Source: Oikopleura dioica
Taxonomy: Eukaryota; Animalia; Chordata
Assembly (NCBI GenBank): GCA_907165135.1
Contig: OU015568.1
Coordinates: 14,767,208 to 14,831,207, forward strand
Direction of reading: 5' to 3'
DNA length: 64,000 nucleotides
The notes beneath the pieces were generated by a model. It did no database searches, was not told the origin of the DNA, and worked only from the letters and a program-made list of their open reading frames with translations. Below, one piece after another: positions 23,922 to 36,998 of this stretch. Within the stretch, counting starts at the first letter, position 1, and the number at the start of each line of letters is the position of its first letter. The translations under genes and the position numbers were made by a program.

Positions 23922-24377
23922 CGCCGGAACGCATAAAATTTTTTCAAGGTGGAACGCAGATCGTACCAATTAATTGGTACGCCCCTTTTACCCCTTTTTA
24001 ACAATGAAACTGATAAGTCTACTGAATAAATGATACAGATAAATATTTCTCAGACGCTTAGCTTCAATTTCATCCCCATATTATATTCATATCATAACAT
24101 AAATATGAGTAAATATGCGTATTTCCAAATGTGCCGAATTACGACGTAATGGCGATTTATTGTTGAAAGAATATATAAATATCCGAGTTCAAAACTTTGT
24201 TCAATAGCTAAAATCAAAAATTTTCAAAAAAAAATTTTTCTGACACCGGAATCAAATTCCTCGATAAAAAGTAGCTCCATAAGTGGGGGTTCATTTTTTT
24301 CTACCATAAAGTAAAAGTTGAGTTATGGGGCATTAAAGGGCCCTGTACCAATTAATTGGTCGCCCTGCGTTTCGGCG
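23922..24377. mobile_element. 456-bp MITE with TTAA TSD and C-initial termini (piggyBac-like)
   Basis: TTAA|CGCCGGAACGCA ... TGCGTTTCGGCG|TTAA; the subterminal palindrome GTACCAATTAATTGGT occurs near both ends. Confidence 0.75.
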
Positions 24378-27300
24378 TTAATTATCTGCTCAGCTGAGCT
24401 CAAATTTGAATATGAATCATCAGATAATATCATTTTATTGTGATAATTATTGGTATTATTGGCACGTGGTTTTCATCTTATAGATGAAAGCTTTGCTTAT
24501 CTATCGATTGTATATTGAGTCTGGTATTTATTATATAAGAAATACAGTAGCTTCCCTGATACAGTAATGAATAAAGGCTTTAAAATTTTAATCAGATTTG
24601 TTTGAAAGCAATTTTGAGGCTGTAAAAACTGAAGTCACAACAATTTAGCTTGCTTCAAAATCTGAACTATTGAAATCGCTTTTTTGATAATTAAAACACT
24701 TTTTCTTGTTCCGTTTTATTTTGCCGATTGAACAGAAAGACATTTCTATTTCTTACAATTCAAGTTTTCAGCGTAGAAGTGTTGTAAATTGATAACTAGA
24801 AAAATGATTCAGTGAACGTAACAAGCAGTACGGAAGTTTAAGATAAGCCCAGGCTCGTTTTGAAACAGAATACGCGAGTCGCTGGATTTTATGAAACGTT
24901 TTTAAGCCAATTTTCGGCGAAAATCTAGGCAAGCGTAGAAGCGTAGAACTCGTAAATTTTCGATGCGAGATTTATTTTTTGCCCGGAATATCAACCATTG
25001 GTTGATCACTAGAAAATCTAAGCAATTGTGAAACCAATGCTGTTTTGCTTATCAGGAGAATGGCGCTCTCTCAAAATTCGGCGATAAGAAGCTCCTGCTG
25101 CGTTTATCTATTTTTACGCCACGACAGCACACTACCAACAGCCAATTAACAATTAACGAGACAAGCTTGCTACTCGAAAAACAGTCGATTTTCTAAAAGA
25201 CATATTTTTTTTCATTTCAGAAAATTTCCAGTGTAATGTCGAAATATTACACTGAAAGATTTTGAAGAGCGGTAGAGGATGGAGCAGCTCCGCGGTAGTC
25301 TTTGACAGGTAGCATCACTCCACTTGTCACTGGCTGTTAATCCTTTCGTTCAAGCAACGTCATGAGGCCCATTAGAAGTCATACATTTCCATAAATTTTC
25401 GTCTTCAATATCTCTCCTTTGTAAGGGATCCCGCTTCTACCGTCCAAAAGTAGGTTTTTCATACACAAAAAATTTAAATTTTAGACAACCGAAAAAACAT
25501 GCTTTGTAAAAACAATCAATTCTTTTTCTCCCGGAAATAATTTTCCTTTATTTATTAATCATTTCAGCGAACAAACGAGTCTGAAAATTATTTGTTGCCG
25601 CAAGTACCAAAGCTGATTGACCGTTTTTACTGCTCCCGTTTGTTTTGGAATCAGAATAATTCAATTCAATTGTCATTATTCAATTTTCAACGCCCAGTGT
25701 TTTAACAGTTCGGATTTTGACGGGGTTAACATCGTGAAAAAATACATTATCTTCGATGATTAAGGCGGTAGATATCGAGAATCGCCATTTCGCTGCAGCT
25801 TTTTCTCCAGAATTTTACGAAGTGACACCCTTATTTTTCTCCAGCAACTAAAAGTTTAGACCTTTTTCTATTTCCTAAAAAGACAAAATCAAAATTTCGA
25901 AAATTTTTTTCACAAAATGTACCATCAAAAATCCCCAACATTGCTAAAACTCTTATTTTGACGACAATCCAAGGTGACAGATTCGCATTGTAGCACCTTG
26001 AAAACACAAGAAATCGAAATTTTTGGCTTCCATAGAAAATATATTATTGCCTGAAATGTATTTTGAGCAGAAAAAATAAGGGGGTCACTATGATAAAAAT
26101 TCGAAAAAAAATAGTGCAAAGAAATCTGATTCCTGAGATCTACCCCCTTAATTGTTTGGGAAAATTTTCTTCTGAGGATATTTTGATAAGTTTAATTCTA
26201 GCGAAAAAATGTTTTATAAATTTTCTGATTCTTTCCATTGTGCACGTAAACGGTTTATCTAACATTTGGTCGGTTTCAATATTTATTATTGCACACCTTG
26301 GCGCGAGTAAATTTAAATAAACTGGATTGAGAACTGCAGAATTTCGAATTTCGTGAGATATCACGACTGCCAGGTGCGCCACAAAATCGGGGACTCATCT
26401 TTTTCGTGGAAAAAAAACTGCTTTGAAATCGGAGCCAACGCTCATTTGTAAGGTCACAAATCTCATTGCGCACTAGAAACTTACCAGTTTTAGATCTGAA
26501 AGGTCTGCGTTTACCAGCAGAAGATCTGATTTTAGAATTCGGGTTTAGATTAAAGCTCCCAATCAATTCAAAAAGAACACTTCTTTGGTCCAAAAATTAA
26601 TGTTGATGCTGGTACATTAATTTTGCACTTGATAAGGGCGGAAGAAGCATTTCTGATAAGGTTTCTCTTCCTATCCGATTACACCATCGACAGAACTTCT
26701 TCTAGGATTCTAATCTCAAATTCAGATCTATCAAAAAAATGCCGGTTTCGATTTGGATCCCAAGAAAAAACATAATTATTGCGGGCAATTTTCAGATTCA
26801 AAATAAGCGCGCTCATCTTTGATTGGCCATTTTTTATTATTCTTTCCTAACAATTTTGAGCAGAAAAAAAAACAAGAAAAAGACATGAAGATTTTCGCAA
26901 TTGTCTTCAAAGAGTCCAGAAATAAGAAAATTAGGGCACCGGCAAATCGAATTTCGCTGCGAAAAGTTCACGTCAAGATAACACTCTGGACGACTGACCA
27001 TTGTATTCCGACCACGTTGGTCTATTTTTGCCAGAATCAAGTTGCTCAAATTGATGAAAACAATAACGATGCAGCCGAGTATTGCTAGAAAACAGAAATA
27101 ATTAAATTGACTTGATTGGATCTATTTCTCGGAACATGATGAGGGTTAATTGTCAATAATACGAGTATAATTGGTAAATGTGCCTTTTACGATCGATTGA
27201 AAAGTTTTAATGAGGGAAAGTTTTAATCTCAAGTAGCAGCTGTCTAAAGCGTAGGGCAAACCACCTGACCACAAGCTTTTAAGATATGCTCCTCCTCCTC

Positions 27301-27380
27301 CTCATCATCCTAGCCTTTCCTCTTTGCAAGTAGATAATCACGTGATACAGCAACTATTCATCCTACGATCCGAGCTGACT

Positions 27381-27499
27381 TCGGCGACCTGTGTAGAAAA
27401 CCTGAGTCAGGTTCCTGAGTAGCAATTATGAAATCCCGAGCGCCTATACGACTTTCTATTATAGCTTTTTTAGAAACCTGAGTCAGGTTTTCTACACAG
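27381..27499. mobile_element. CCTGAGTCAGG-terminal inverted-repeat element
   Basis: GACCTGTGTAGAAAACCTGAGTCAGG ... CCTGAGTCAGGTTTTCTACACAG. Confidence 0.75.
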
Positions 27500-28094
27500 A
27501 AAACAGATCTCTAGACTTCAGTTAACCTTCTTTTAACCTTAAAATTCATTTGATCTTTGAACAATATAAAATTCATCAGAAGCCTAATCATACGCGTTAT
27601 AAAACGCTTCAAAACACATCGGTATGAAATAAAACTAATTGTGATCCTAGTGACGAATTTACTGCTGAGGCAATAAGGGTATCCCTCCCAAAAAAGCGCC
27701 GCAGATGGAGAAACGGTAATGAAACGATACATAATTCTGTTCGAAAATTTCGACAGAATTTTAATTAAAAAGTATTCCTTGGCCACTTGATCCGCGCGGC
27801 GCTTTAGAAGTTCGCCGCCGCAAGAGTCGCAACGTATTTTACAGGAGCAAATTATGGCGCGTAATTACTCCCGTCTTGCAAGTTGCAGCTTCTGTGGTTC
27901 CAGCACACGGGCTTCTATTTGGCGCGAGAAAAAAGAAGTGGGTTAACGTGTGAGGCGAATTAGAAATTGCTCACTAATTAGCACCAACATCGTCGAGAGC
28001 AACATCAGCTGCCGTCGGACAAACCGCAAATTACTCAACTCCCAGTTTGCGGTGGAAGACATGAAAAAGCAGGCTGTTCCCAGACTTTTCGCTG

Positions 28095-28262
28095 TGACAC
28101 CCTTAATCTATCTCTTACCAAAATAGTGGGTTGGCGTCAGGAACCGACAAAAAATTTCGACAAATTTTGCGTGGGCGACTACTCGGCTACTGATTGGCCG
28201 GTGAGCCAAATCCGGGCTTCTGATTGGCTGAAAATTTCAACGCGAAATTTGTCGAAATTTTG
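28095..28262. repeat. Degenerate palindromic repeat, family of 55962-56120
   Basis: GGAACCGACAAAAAATTTCGACAAATTTTGCG..GATTGG..AATTTGTCGAAATTTT; shared with 54370-54510 and 55962-56120. Confidence 0.7.
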
Positions 28263-29393
28263 GCGGTTCTCTTTGTAGGGATCTGTAAGTCATTATTTAT
28301 CATCGTCAAAAGCATAATTTCCGAACGTCTTTTTCTAAGTTATCTTCATCCGCTAATTCATCAAATGAAACCGCCAACCGTCGAGTTCGGAGTCCGGCTC
28401 AACGCAAATTCTGCCTTTCGCGGATTTTTTCTTATCCATAATCGCCCAGTTCCCGGATTAACACGATTGCAAGAGATAAAATTTAAGCGCTAGAATAAGC
28501 AGGAAATAGACAATGTCAAATAAGTTTCTCTTTAAAAATTTTTAAGTAACCAACTTTGGGAGTCTAAAAAGAAGCATCTAAAAATGAGAAATTTTGACCA
28601 AAACTTTACTGAAAATTTTCGACCAATCAGATGTCGGCATTCGGCCGGTTAGCCAATCAGATTCCAGAAAAAAATGTCGCAAAAAATAAACGATTTTTTG
28701 TCGCGTTTTTCGTCGATTTCTGTCGCAAGCCCTAGATTATTTGAAGAAAATCGACAATTTAGGAAAATAATAGGAAGTTTTTCCGATAATTTAGGGAATT
28801 AACTTTTTCAGAAAATCGCCTCAAAAGGCTTTATCAAATTCAGGCCATTTCCCTGGTACTGTAGTATAAATAATTTTCTTATGAAAAAGTTTGAAGTAAT
28901 TATTTGAAACATCGAAAATAATAGACAATGGAACATTTTAGATAGACATATCGTTGCGCTCGTGCTAAGACTTTTTGTACAGATATCTTGCGGGCTGCAA
29001 AACATGTTCATGGAAATTGGAAAAAAGCGACGAAGAAGAGGGCGGAGAAAGTTGTTACTACTAACCGCCAGCGACTCTCTGGGCTACGTACAGGCGTATG
29101 TGTTGCCATCACAAAAGTTGAGCTGCAGTTTGAGATTTTTGGATAGACATGGATTTATTTTTAGAACGTTTGGCCGAAGCGAAATTTGCGAAGAAAGTTA
29201 GTCACTGAAAATAGAAGAAAGATAGATTCTTATTGGCAATATGTTATTGCATAAAATCATATATCTATCTAATAACTCGAGCATTCAAATTAATACTTTT
29301 TGTTTATTGAAATTCGACTTGCTGCAGTTGTTTTTACGAAATGAAAATTGTTTTACAATCGATAATGAAGCGAAAATTAAATCAGATCAGAAG

Positions 29394-31576
29394 TTATCTT
29401 TGGATATGTATATGCTTCTTTTCACGAACAAAAAAGATTGAATATGCTTGTGGCAAGAGATACCATTTTTCTGTTTTCATGTTGAATTGTTCATTTGTCA
29501 ATTCTAAAAACTCATTATTTGGTCCATAGTAGACGAAATCCTTGTAGCAGTTGTAACAATCTTTCATCATTTCTTCAGAAGCGTAGTACTTGTGAGAAAC
29601 AGGAATTCTAATTTGAGAGCCGGAATGGTCAATGAGAGTGTTTTGAAGAATGAAGTCGGAATTTTCGAGTCGGTCCAGGACCATCTGATGGAAAAATATT
29701 GAGCCGTCGGGATTTAGGTAGGCGCCGGTGACGGTTAGGGGACGGGAAAAGGCGAAGTTGGAATGAAGAAGAACTACAAATACTAGGGTATAATAAAATT
29801 TATCATTGATAGATTATAACTTTGGCTTTTTTTTACCTTTCTCAAAATCGAAGTTTCTATTTGTACTGCTGGCATATGTGAGTATCTCCCATCCACTTTC
29901 ATTCAAATATGTTCTGAATTTCATTCTTTTGAGAAGAAATTCAATTTCATTTTTTTGAAATTCTTGTTCTTCTTTTTTCGGGTTGAGATTGAAGCCAGCC
30001 AAACTGCGCGGATAAATAATCATCGTCAGTTGAGTGAAGATGTATTCGAGAGTTAAACTTTGCAGCATACCCCATCCTCTCCAATCATTTTTGAGTGCCC
30101 ATCTCAAAAGAACTGAAACTGAAATTGGAACACAAAGATCGCTTTCTTTTTGGTTTAAAACATTCTTCGTCACATTTTCGAAGTCGAAATTGATCTGTCT
30201 GGTCAGTTTCTGTTTGAGATTTGCCATTGCTAAAGACTTCGTCAAGTTCGGATCGTCCAAAGAAAAATCAGAAGCCGCGTTTTTTAGAGAAATTATTTTT
30301 GATAATTTTTTGATTTCTTCGGTCGAAGGAGTTTTGTTTGATAGCCACGCAGCACGACCTGCCTAAAAATATTTCTTCATTCGCAGAAAACAAGCTCTTA
30401 CTTTTAGTTTTTTCTCTGATTCTCTCCCTTTCGTCTTTTTCTAGTGGCTTGAAAAGAAGACTCCACGCTGTATTCCAGTCACACAAAATAAAAACGTGTA
30501 GTGGTGATTCAGATCTTCGGAACTCCCCATAAAGTTGATATTCTTTCGAAAAAGCAGCAGATCCAGCATCTAAGAAAAATTAAAATCAAGAACAAATTTT
30601 CTTCATAAACTAACGCAAATACGCTATTGTTCTAAATTTGCTCCCTCTCCTCGCGTAGCCCATTCTTCTGTAGCTTTTTCTTCCAGTTATTTCCCAAATT
30701 GTCCCGAAATCTATCCATTTGCATTCTCTATTTTTTAATAAAATATTCTCCGGTTTCCGATCCTCATGAGAAATTCCAATTTTTCTCAAATACTCTCTCC
30801 CTTCTTCAACTTCAATCGCTATTCTCTTTCTTTCTTCTAAACTCAAATCTTCGTTTTTCAATCTGCTTCTCAAATCTGAGTCGCACTTCTCCATAATCGT
30901 TATCCATCCAAGGCAGTCCTCTCTCTTCTCGTCCTTGATTGAGAAAATTTCGATGTTGCAGAAATTTTTGATCACGTTTGGATGAAGAGGAATTACTTGA
31001 GCGTTGTTTTTTTATTTTGTCCTGAGCCATTTTGAAATCTTAATTGAAAATTTAGAATTTCTAGCAAAAATTTCAATAACCTTCAGAAAGATTAATCTCA
31101 AACTCCAACTCCTTATCCTCTCCCGTAAACAGGGCTGAGTCAAAAGCCTGAACCCGAACCGCAACTTCCAATTCTCCAAAATTTCCTCCCAAAACAATCG
31201 CCTCTCCTCCAGAAGAAATCAATTTTGATTGAAAAAAATCATCAAAAATCCATTCTCCTGTTTCTTCTTTTAGTTCCGAACGTTCAATTTTTCGTCCTTC
31301 TACGAAAGGATTTTTGTCGATGATCATTTTCTGAAATGACGTTATCGCATATTCTTCCAAGTATTTTCCAACAGAGAGTTTTCCTTTTCCATTTTCAAAA
31401 ATAACCGCCTCCCACTCAGCATGAGAATGATATTCAAAATCGCTTCTCTCCACGGACAAAATCAATCTGTCCAAATCGTCTCTACTCGTCGTTCTCTTCA
31501 ACTTCTTTTTAAAATCTTCTAACCATTTCTCAACAGCTTCTCTTGTCAACTCTTTTGGGTGCGTCGTTACTCTCAT
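29394..31576 (-). CDS. Atypical protein kinase fused to a putative papain-like peptidase domain, paralogue B; one apparent frameshift in an A7 run
   Basis: SGGEAIV, VAVRVQAFDSALFT, IPLHPNVIKNF, WITIMEKCDSDL, SHEDRKPENILL, WIDFG, SYRRMGYARRGSKFR, then QKESDLCVPISV, RPLTVTG..FHQMVLD..FILQNT and WYLLPQAY. Colinear with paralogue A, with shared intron positions. The frame breaks at ~31007-31013. Confidence 0.82.
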
Positions 31577-32211
31577 GTTGCCAATCTTCTAACTAGAAGT
31601 TGTCTTTTTCAGTTTTTTGCTCTATTCGCTCATTTCTTGCGTAAGATATACAATTAAATCCATTTTGATATTTACGTTTTGGCGTCAACTTGTTGATTTT
31701 ACTCGTTCTCCTCAATATTTATTCTGAACTTTTACTGACTGTATTTATCAAGAATCCCTAGTAGGAAATTTAATCTTTTCTGAGAAAAAAAATTGACGTG
31801 CGAGTAAACTCGATGCCCTTAAATTTCCTCCAGCGGAAATTTCATTTTTATTTTTATGTCAAAAAAAATCTAGCGATTCTAGCGCGGATGTCATTATCCT
31901 CCAAATTCTATAAAAAGCGACATCCATTTTCTAAAACGCCCAGCTTCCGAATAAATTCAATAAAGAAGTTTTGCATTCAAACAAATCGACACCACTACCG
32001 TTTTCGCTCGACAGAAATACTAACAAACACAACTACTAGTAAAGAGAGAAGCCAAGGCAGTGTGTGAGCAGCAAGTTCAAACGAATTCGTGTGGTTGGTA
32101 CTAACCTCGAGCTGAATCCGAAATTTGATGGACAAACAAAAAAATTGATGCAATTCCAAGCTGATTTTAGATATCCGGGAAAATTTTTCTGAGAAAAAAA
32201 ATATAACTTTT

Positions 32212-32408
32212 CTCTGAGCTCGATAAACTGCGTAGAAAACCTGAGTCAGGGTCTAAAAGATCGATTGAACTTTAAAATAGATTGGAATGCGTTTTTTTGG
32301 GAAGCCGCTTCGCGGCTTCGTTTTTAAAAAAGCCGCTGCGCGGCTTTTCAGTAGAAATCTTTCAAACCCTGACTCAGGTTTTCTACGCAGGTTTTCGAGC
32401 TAAGAGTG
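32212..32408. mobile_element. CCTGAGTCAGG-terminal element with internal AAGCCGC/GCGGCTT hairpins
   Basis: CTGCGTAGAAAACCTGAGTCAGGGT ... ACCCTGACTCAGGTTTTCTACGCAG. Confidence 0.8.
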
Positions 32409-32785
32409 TACCAAGATAAACTCCCTCACTTTTTAGTAATTGGATTTTGCTTCAATCAAATCTGCTCCAAAAAATCGTGAGGAGAGCCTTAAATCCTCTC
32501 TGTCGACCTGAATAAGCACCGAAGAATCACCTGTTAGATTTTCGCGCTTAGCTGACGAAGGTGCCTCTAAAATCAGTTTTGGACACGGTGAGCCTAAATT
32601 GATTCTGTGGAAAGCTCAACCAGACGGCTGGAGAGTGATATTTAGGCGCAAACCGCCACTCATCACCACAAAAAGAAGCCCAAAGTCACAATTATGGCGT
32701 TCTCTCTCAAGTGCTTAGAATATCGAATATACGAAATTTGGAGAATAAAGGTGAACAGAGGGCAGTTATTTTGACCCCCACTATG

Positions 32786-32940
32786 GGCTTGGCTACCTGT
32801 GTAGAAAACCTGAGTCAGGGTCTGAAAGAGCTAAAACGAAAAGCCGCATAGCGGCTTTTAATGAAGCCGCAAAGCTACGCGGCTCTTCAATTCTGCTTTC
32901 TAGGCCCTGACTCAGGTTTTCTACACAGGTTGCTGAGCCC
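32786..32940. mobile_element. CCTGAGTCAGG-terminal element with internal hairpins
   Basis: GGGCTTGGCTACCTGTGTAGAAAACCTGAGTCAGGG ... CCCTGACTCAGGTTTTCTACACAGGTTGCTGAGCCC. Confidence 0.8.
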
Positions 32941-33185
32941 GGCCTCCATTCGAAATTTTTGGGGGAGAATTAAGTGCAGTCTTTTTGGCTTTCAGAAAAA
33001 TCTGAATCTAAGTTTTGAAAGGAACAAGATTTTTCTGGAACTCTTTGTTCAAAGGTCGAGTTTTTGACATCAGACTGTACTATTTTCCGAGGTTTAGGCA
33101 CTTTGCTCATCTGTTTTCAAAGCAAACTACTTCTTATTTGATCAGAGGAGATGATGAGCTTCTTTCCTTTAGAAATATTCATTAA

Positions 33186-33940
33186 GGATATACCCGATTA
33201 AATTGAACTTTCATAGCGTCGAAATGCGACGTAGGATCATTTATATTTCAAAAGCAATTCTAGGTTAAAATGCGCGTAGAACTCAAATTTGGTACTTATT
33301 TATATTTTCTCATTTGAATTTTTCTCTTTAGAGCGATTTCAAATCTTACTCTCTCGATTACTCGAAATTTTTGGACTAAATCGGTCGAGATTTTTCGATA
33401 GATAAGTTCTTTAGACCTTTATCTACAATTTTGATGGTTTACTTTTCGTTAATTCCGAAGGAAACCGATTCTAGAGCCATTTCATTGAGGGCTACTCAGC
33501 GCGTAAAAGCTCTACAAAGCGGCGCGCTGGGAGCTCGCTCACTCGAGTCCTCTTTTCCGAGAGAATGTGCGTGGTTGAGCGCGACGCTCTGATTGGTAGC
33601 ACGCGAAAAAACGCGCAGAGAAGAAAAACAAGGGTATAAAAGAAGAGAACACTAGAATGAAAATTCGATCGAGTTTAAGAATTTAATCCCATCAATTTTG
33701 TAGTTTAGCATCATGGCAATACAGAATACGGTTCAGTTTTAGCGATTTAGTGGAAAAATTTCGAGAAATCGAGAGAGTTTGTTTTCAAATCGCTCTTGAG
33801 AGGAAAATTCTTATGAAAATTTCCAAAAAAATACCAGAATTTAATTTAACGCACAATTTTAAGTAGGATTGCTTTTGAAATAAAAATAATCCGACTTCGT
33901 ATTTAGGCGCTATGAAAGTTCAATTTTATCGGGTATATCC
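33186..33940. mobile_element. 755-bp element with TTAA TSD, GG termini and ~200-bp imperfect TIRs (Kolobok-like MITE)
   Basis: TTAA|GGATATACCCGAT(T)AAATTGAACTTTCATAGCG ... CGCTATGAAAGTTCAATTTTATCGGGTATATCC|TTAA. Confidence 0.85.
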
Positions 33941-34194
33941 TTAACAGAACGAAGTGTTTACTGATCTTCCTGAAAAAAGTATCATTCTTCCGGGTAAAAT
34001 TACCATCCGGTCGGTTCACTTTTGCTCTCCTTCTCATCCTCCTCTTATCATTATCTCACGCTCTGAGCACACGTCTCGTTGAAGAAACGTAAACCGCTTG
34101 AGAAAAATAATAACCACTTACTTACCACTCCTCTCAGAGAAAGAAAAAAAAGAAGACAAGCGCAAAAAATGACAATTGAGAAATGACGGGTTAA

Positions 34195-34780
34195 CCCCTG
34201 CCCGCATATCGACCTACGCGTAGGTAAATTGACTTTTAAACGCGATTATCTCGCGATTGGTAAATGTTTTCTATAAAGCTGACCCCCACATATCGGGCTA
34301 CTTTTTAATGGAGAATCAGGATCTAAGGTCTAAATAACATTTATTCAAAGATTTAAGATTTTAGCAATTGAGCGAAATTTTGATCTCGGGTCAACATGAC
34401 AAAACCCAACTTTGATTCAACTGTTCTCGGCAAGATCTATTTGATCAAATTAATGCTCAGTAGATAATAAAAGTTCGGAATTCTAAATTTTTACTGTATT
34501 TATGACTGCATGAAAATATTTAAATTTATTTTAGACGAGATTTGGAGCGCTGACGACTTATTCTTTTATCAAAAATGAGTACTTTTGAAAAGATGACATT
34601 TGTTGACATTTGACATCTGACATTTGACATTTGATCATGTCCAGGAGAAAGCTCAGCCTTTAATCTTTCCATCCATGTCTTTTGGAAAATTTTATCCCGA
34701 CTAAAAGACCCCAAAAAGGCCCGACCTACGCGTAGGTCGATATGCGGGCAGGGGTGACCAATTTTTCATGCGGGCAGGGG
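34195..34780. mobile_element. 586-bp piggyBac-like MITE (TTAA TSD, CCC termini) with a duplicated right terminus
   Basis: TTAA|CCCCTGCCCGCATATCGACCTACGCGTAGGT ... ACCTACGCGTAGGTCGATATGCGGGCAGGGG (ends ~34754), then ATGCGGGCAGGGG|TTAA. Confidence 0.85.
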
Positions 34781-35515
34781 TTAATGAAAGCAGGGTTGAT
34801 TGCGAAGATTGTCGATTTTATTTGAGAAAAAAGGAAAAAGATCGTCAATTTTTTCTGCTTAGATAATTTGGTCACCTGGCGCAGAATGTTTTGAAAGAGT
34901 AGATGTGTGATAATCGATGTTTGGCGAAATATTCCGCGCCGTTTGGAAATCCCCCGTCGCCCTGTTGCCAAAACTGCGTCTTCGAAAGAGTAGAAGGCGC
35001 TTCCCTTTTCTTTTTCGGAAGAACGGGAGATAAAGAATCGATAGATTAAGAAATTTAATCATTCGTAAGATTGATTTACGATCAACCTGGCATATTTAAA
35101 ACGAAGGAGTTTGTTCTCAAAGTGGCTCATAATCATAAATAATGAGCATCCACTAAATGCCTCTACTAATAAAAGCAGCTGGAAATTCTCAAACAAGATG
35201 TCATTGTATAATCAAGCTGAGCCCTTGGTTATCACAAGTGCGGGAGAACAACATGAAAAAGTAACCCTGTCAATTGGTGGTTGATGCGTTTAGATTGCCA
35301 CTAAAATTCGCATAACTGACCACAGTTATTAGTGAATGTCAGAATATGAAATTCAGAGTCGAAATACTTTCAATTTTGCACGTGCTATTAAATAACTACT
35401 TGTCTCGATTATAACGACTTCTGGGAGGATTCTTCAATTTATAGACATTTACAATTTTCCTCCTTGTTGCGGGTAAAAACAGAACAAGGACAATGGTAGA
35501 GTCTATTCGTTTTAA

Positions 35516-35807
35516 GGAACCCCCCCCCCCGTCAACAATTTTCGAAAAATGTATTTTCGGAATTTCAAAATTTTGACCCCAGAAATAGATTCTACAGGTA
35601 AAAAAACGATTTTATGGCTTCATTTTTTGGGGGTCTATCTCGACTCTAACACCCTCGCGTTTGAAAATATGACTTTTTGGCGAAAAATGACGAAAAAGTC
35701 CCAATTTTGATAAAATTTTAGATTTTTATTGGTCAAAAATTGCTCCGCCAAAATATGGTTGTTTTGAAATTTTGGATTTTTGAGGAAAATTGTTGACGGG
35801 GGGGTCT
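35516..35807. mobile_element. ~290-bp TTAA-flanked MITE
   Basis: TTAA|GGAACCCCCCCCCCCGTCAACAATTTT ... AAAATTGTTGACGGGGGGGTCT|TTAA. Confidence 0.75.
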
Positions 35808-36998
35808 TTAAGCCAAGTTAATTTGCTTTACTGACACGTGATCAAGCTTTTTTGGATGCTCTAATTGGAATTGCTCGAAAATACGAAACAGCAATTTTGA
35901 AATGCCGCGAAATGTTCATACTCATACTCCGGTTTTTTACAGTTGAAGTTGTAATTTGCACCTGTCACGTGGGAAAGTAGAAAAAGAATGTCTTGCGCGA
36001 AAAAAATATCTTGCAAATTTACACTGTTCTAGTTTCGTGAGCACGTGATTGTCTTATCGCTTGTTCATTAATATCAAATGGAAGATGATAAGAAGTAATT
36101 GACGTGTAGGATCTGGGCATAGAAGGTTCATCCCTTTTTAATCACGTTTTTATCTGGGTGAATATCGTGCACTGTTCCGGATTGTGGCAGATTAAAAGGT
36201 TCATTTTGAAACTAAAATTTTTGACAGTAGATTTTTTTTGCGTCCTTACGAGATCTTTAGTCGTTGAATCTTGCGTTCAGGCTGATTTCTATCGTGGAGT
36301 TTTGTTTGAGTGCCCGTATAATGATGGGAATCGAGCAGTGTATCTTTGTAAAGAGTGCGATAATTATAGATACTTTCGAAAGATGCATCTGGGCAAACAA
36401 TCTGTATAATTATATTCAGGAGCTTTGTTATTCCGAACACTCATTTAGATTAGATCCAATCTTCGGTAATCTTCTGTTTAAAAATTTCCATAGTCCGTAT
36501 TCTTTCTTCATTCTAGCGGAAAAATCGAGATAAAGATCGAGATGAAGGTCTGAACTCTTGTTAAAGAAAATGAAATAAGGGAGTCAAAACGTAAAATTTC
36601 GAAGACATATCATCTTAAATATCTCGATTAATGATGCCTACCCCCTTAAAATCGACCCCCGGTCGACGAGAATTTTTTCAGGGGTGATCGTTATTTCGCT
36701 TATACACATAGTCAGGAATCCTGACTCAGGATATGAATCTTATATTTTCATTTGATAAAAATTAGATTTAGGGGTCGAAATGAACAAAATTGTAAAAAAA
36801 TTGACCATTTTTGGTGCATTTTCGCGAAAATGGCCCTACTTTGACGGGATTTTTGACCTATTTTTTCTGGCCAAAATTTTTTCTAGTTTTCGCCGCCTGA
36901 TTTTTACAACCCTTTTCTATCTATCAGTAAAATCAGATTTCGCCTATCTTATCAAGTTTTTCGCATTTTTGGTCACGGAAATTCCGAAGCTCGTCGAC

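Noticed and set aside
36158-36409. Cys-containing ORF (CPYNDG..CKEC) as a zinc-ribbon exon
   Set aside because: No partner exons or recognisable family; cannot be supported without expression data.
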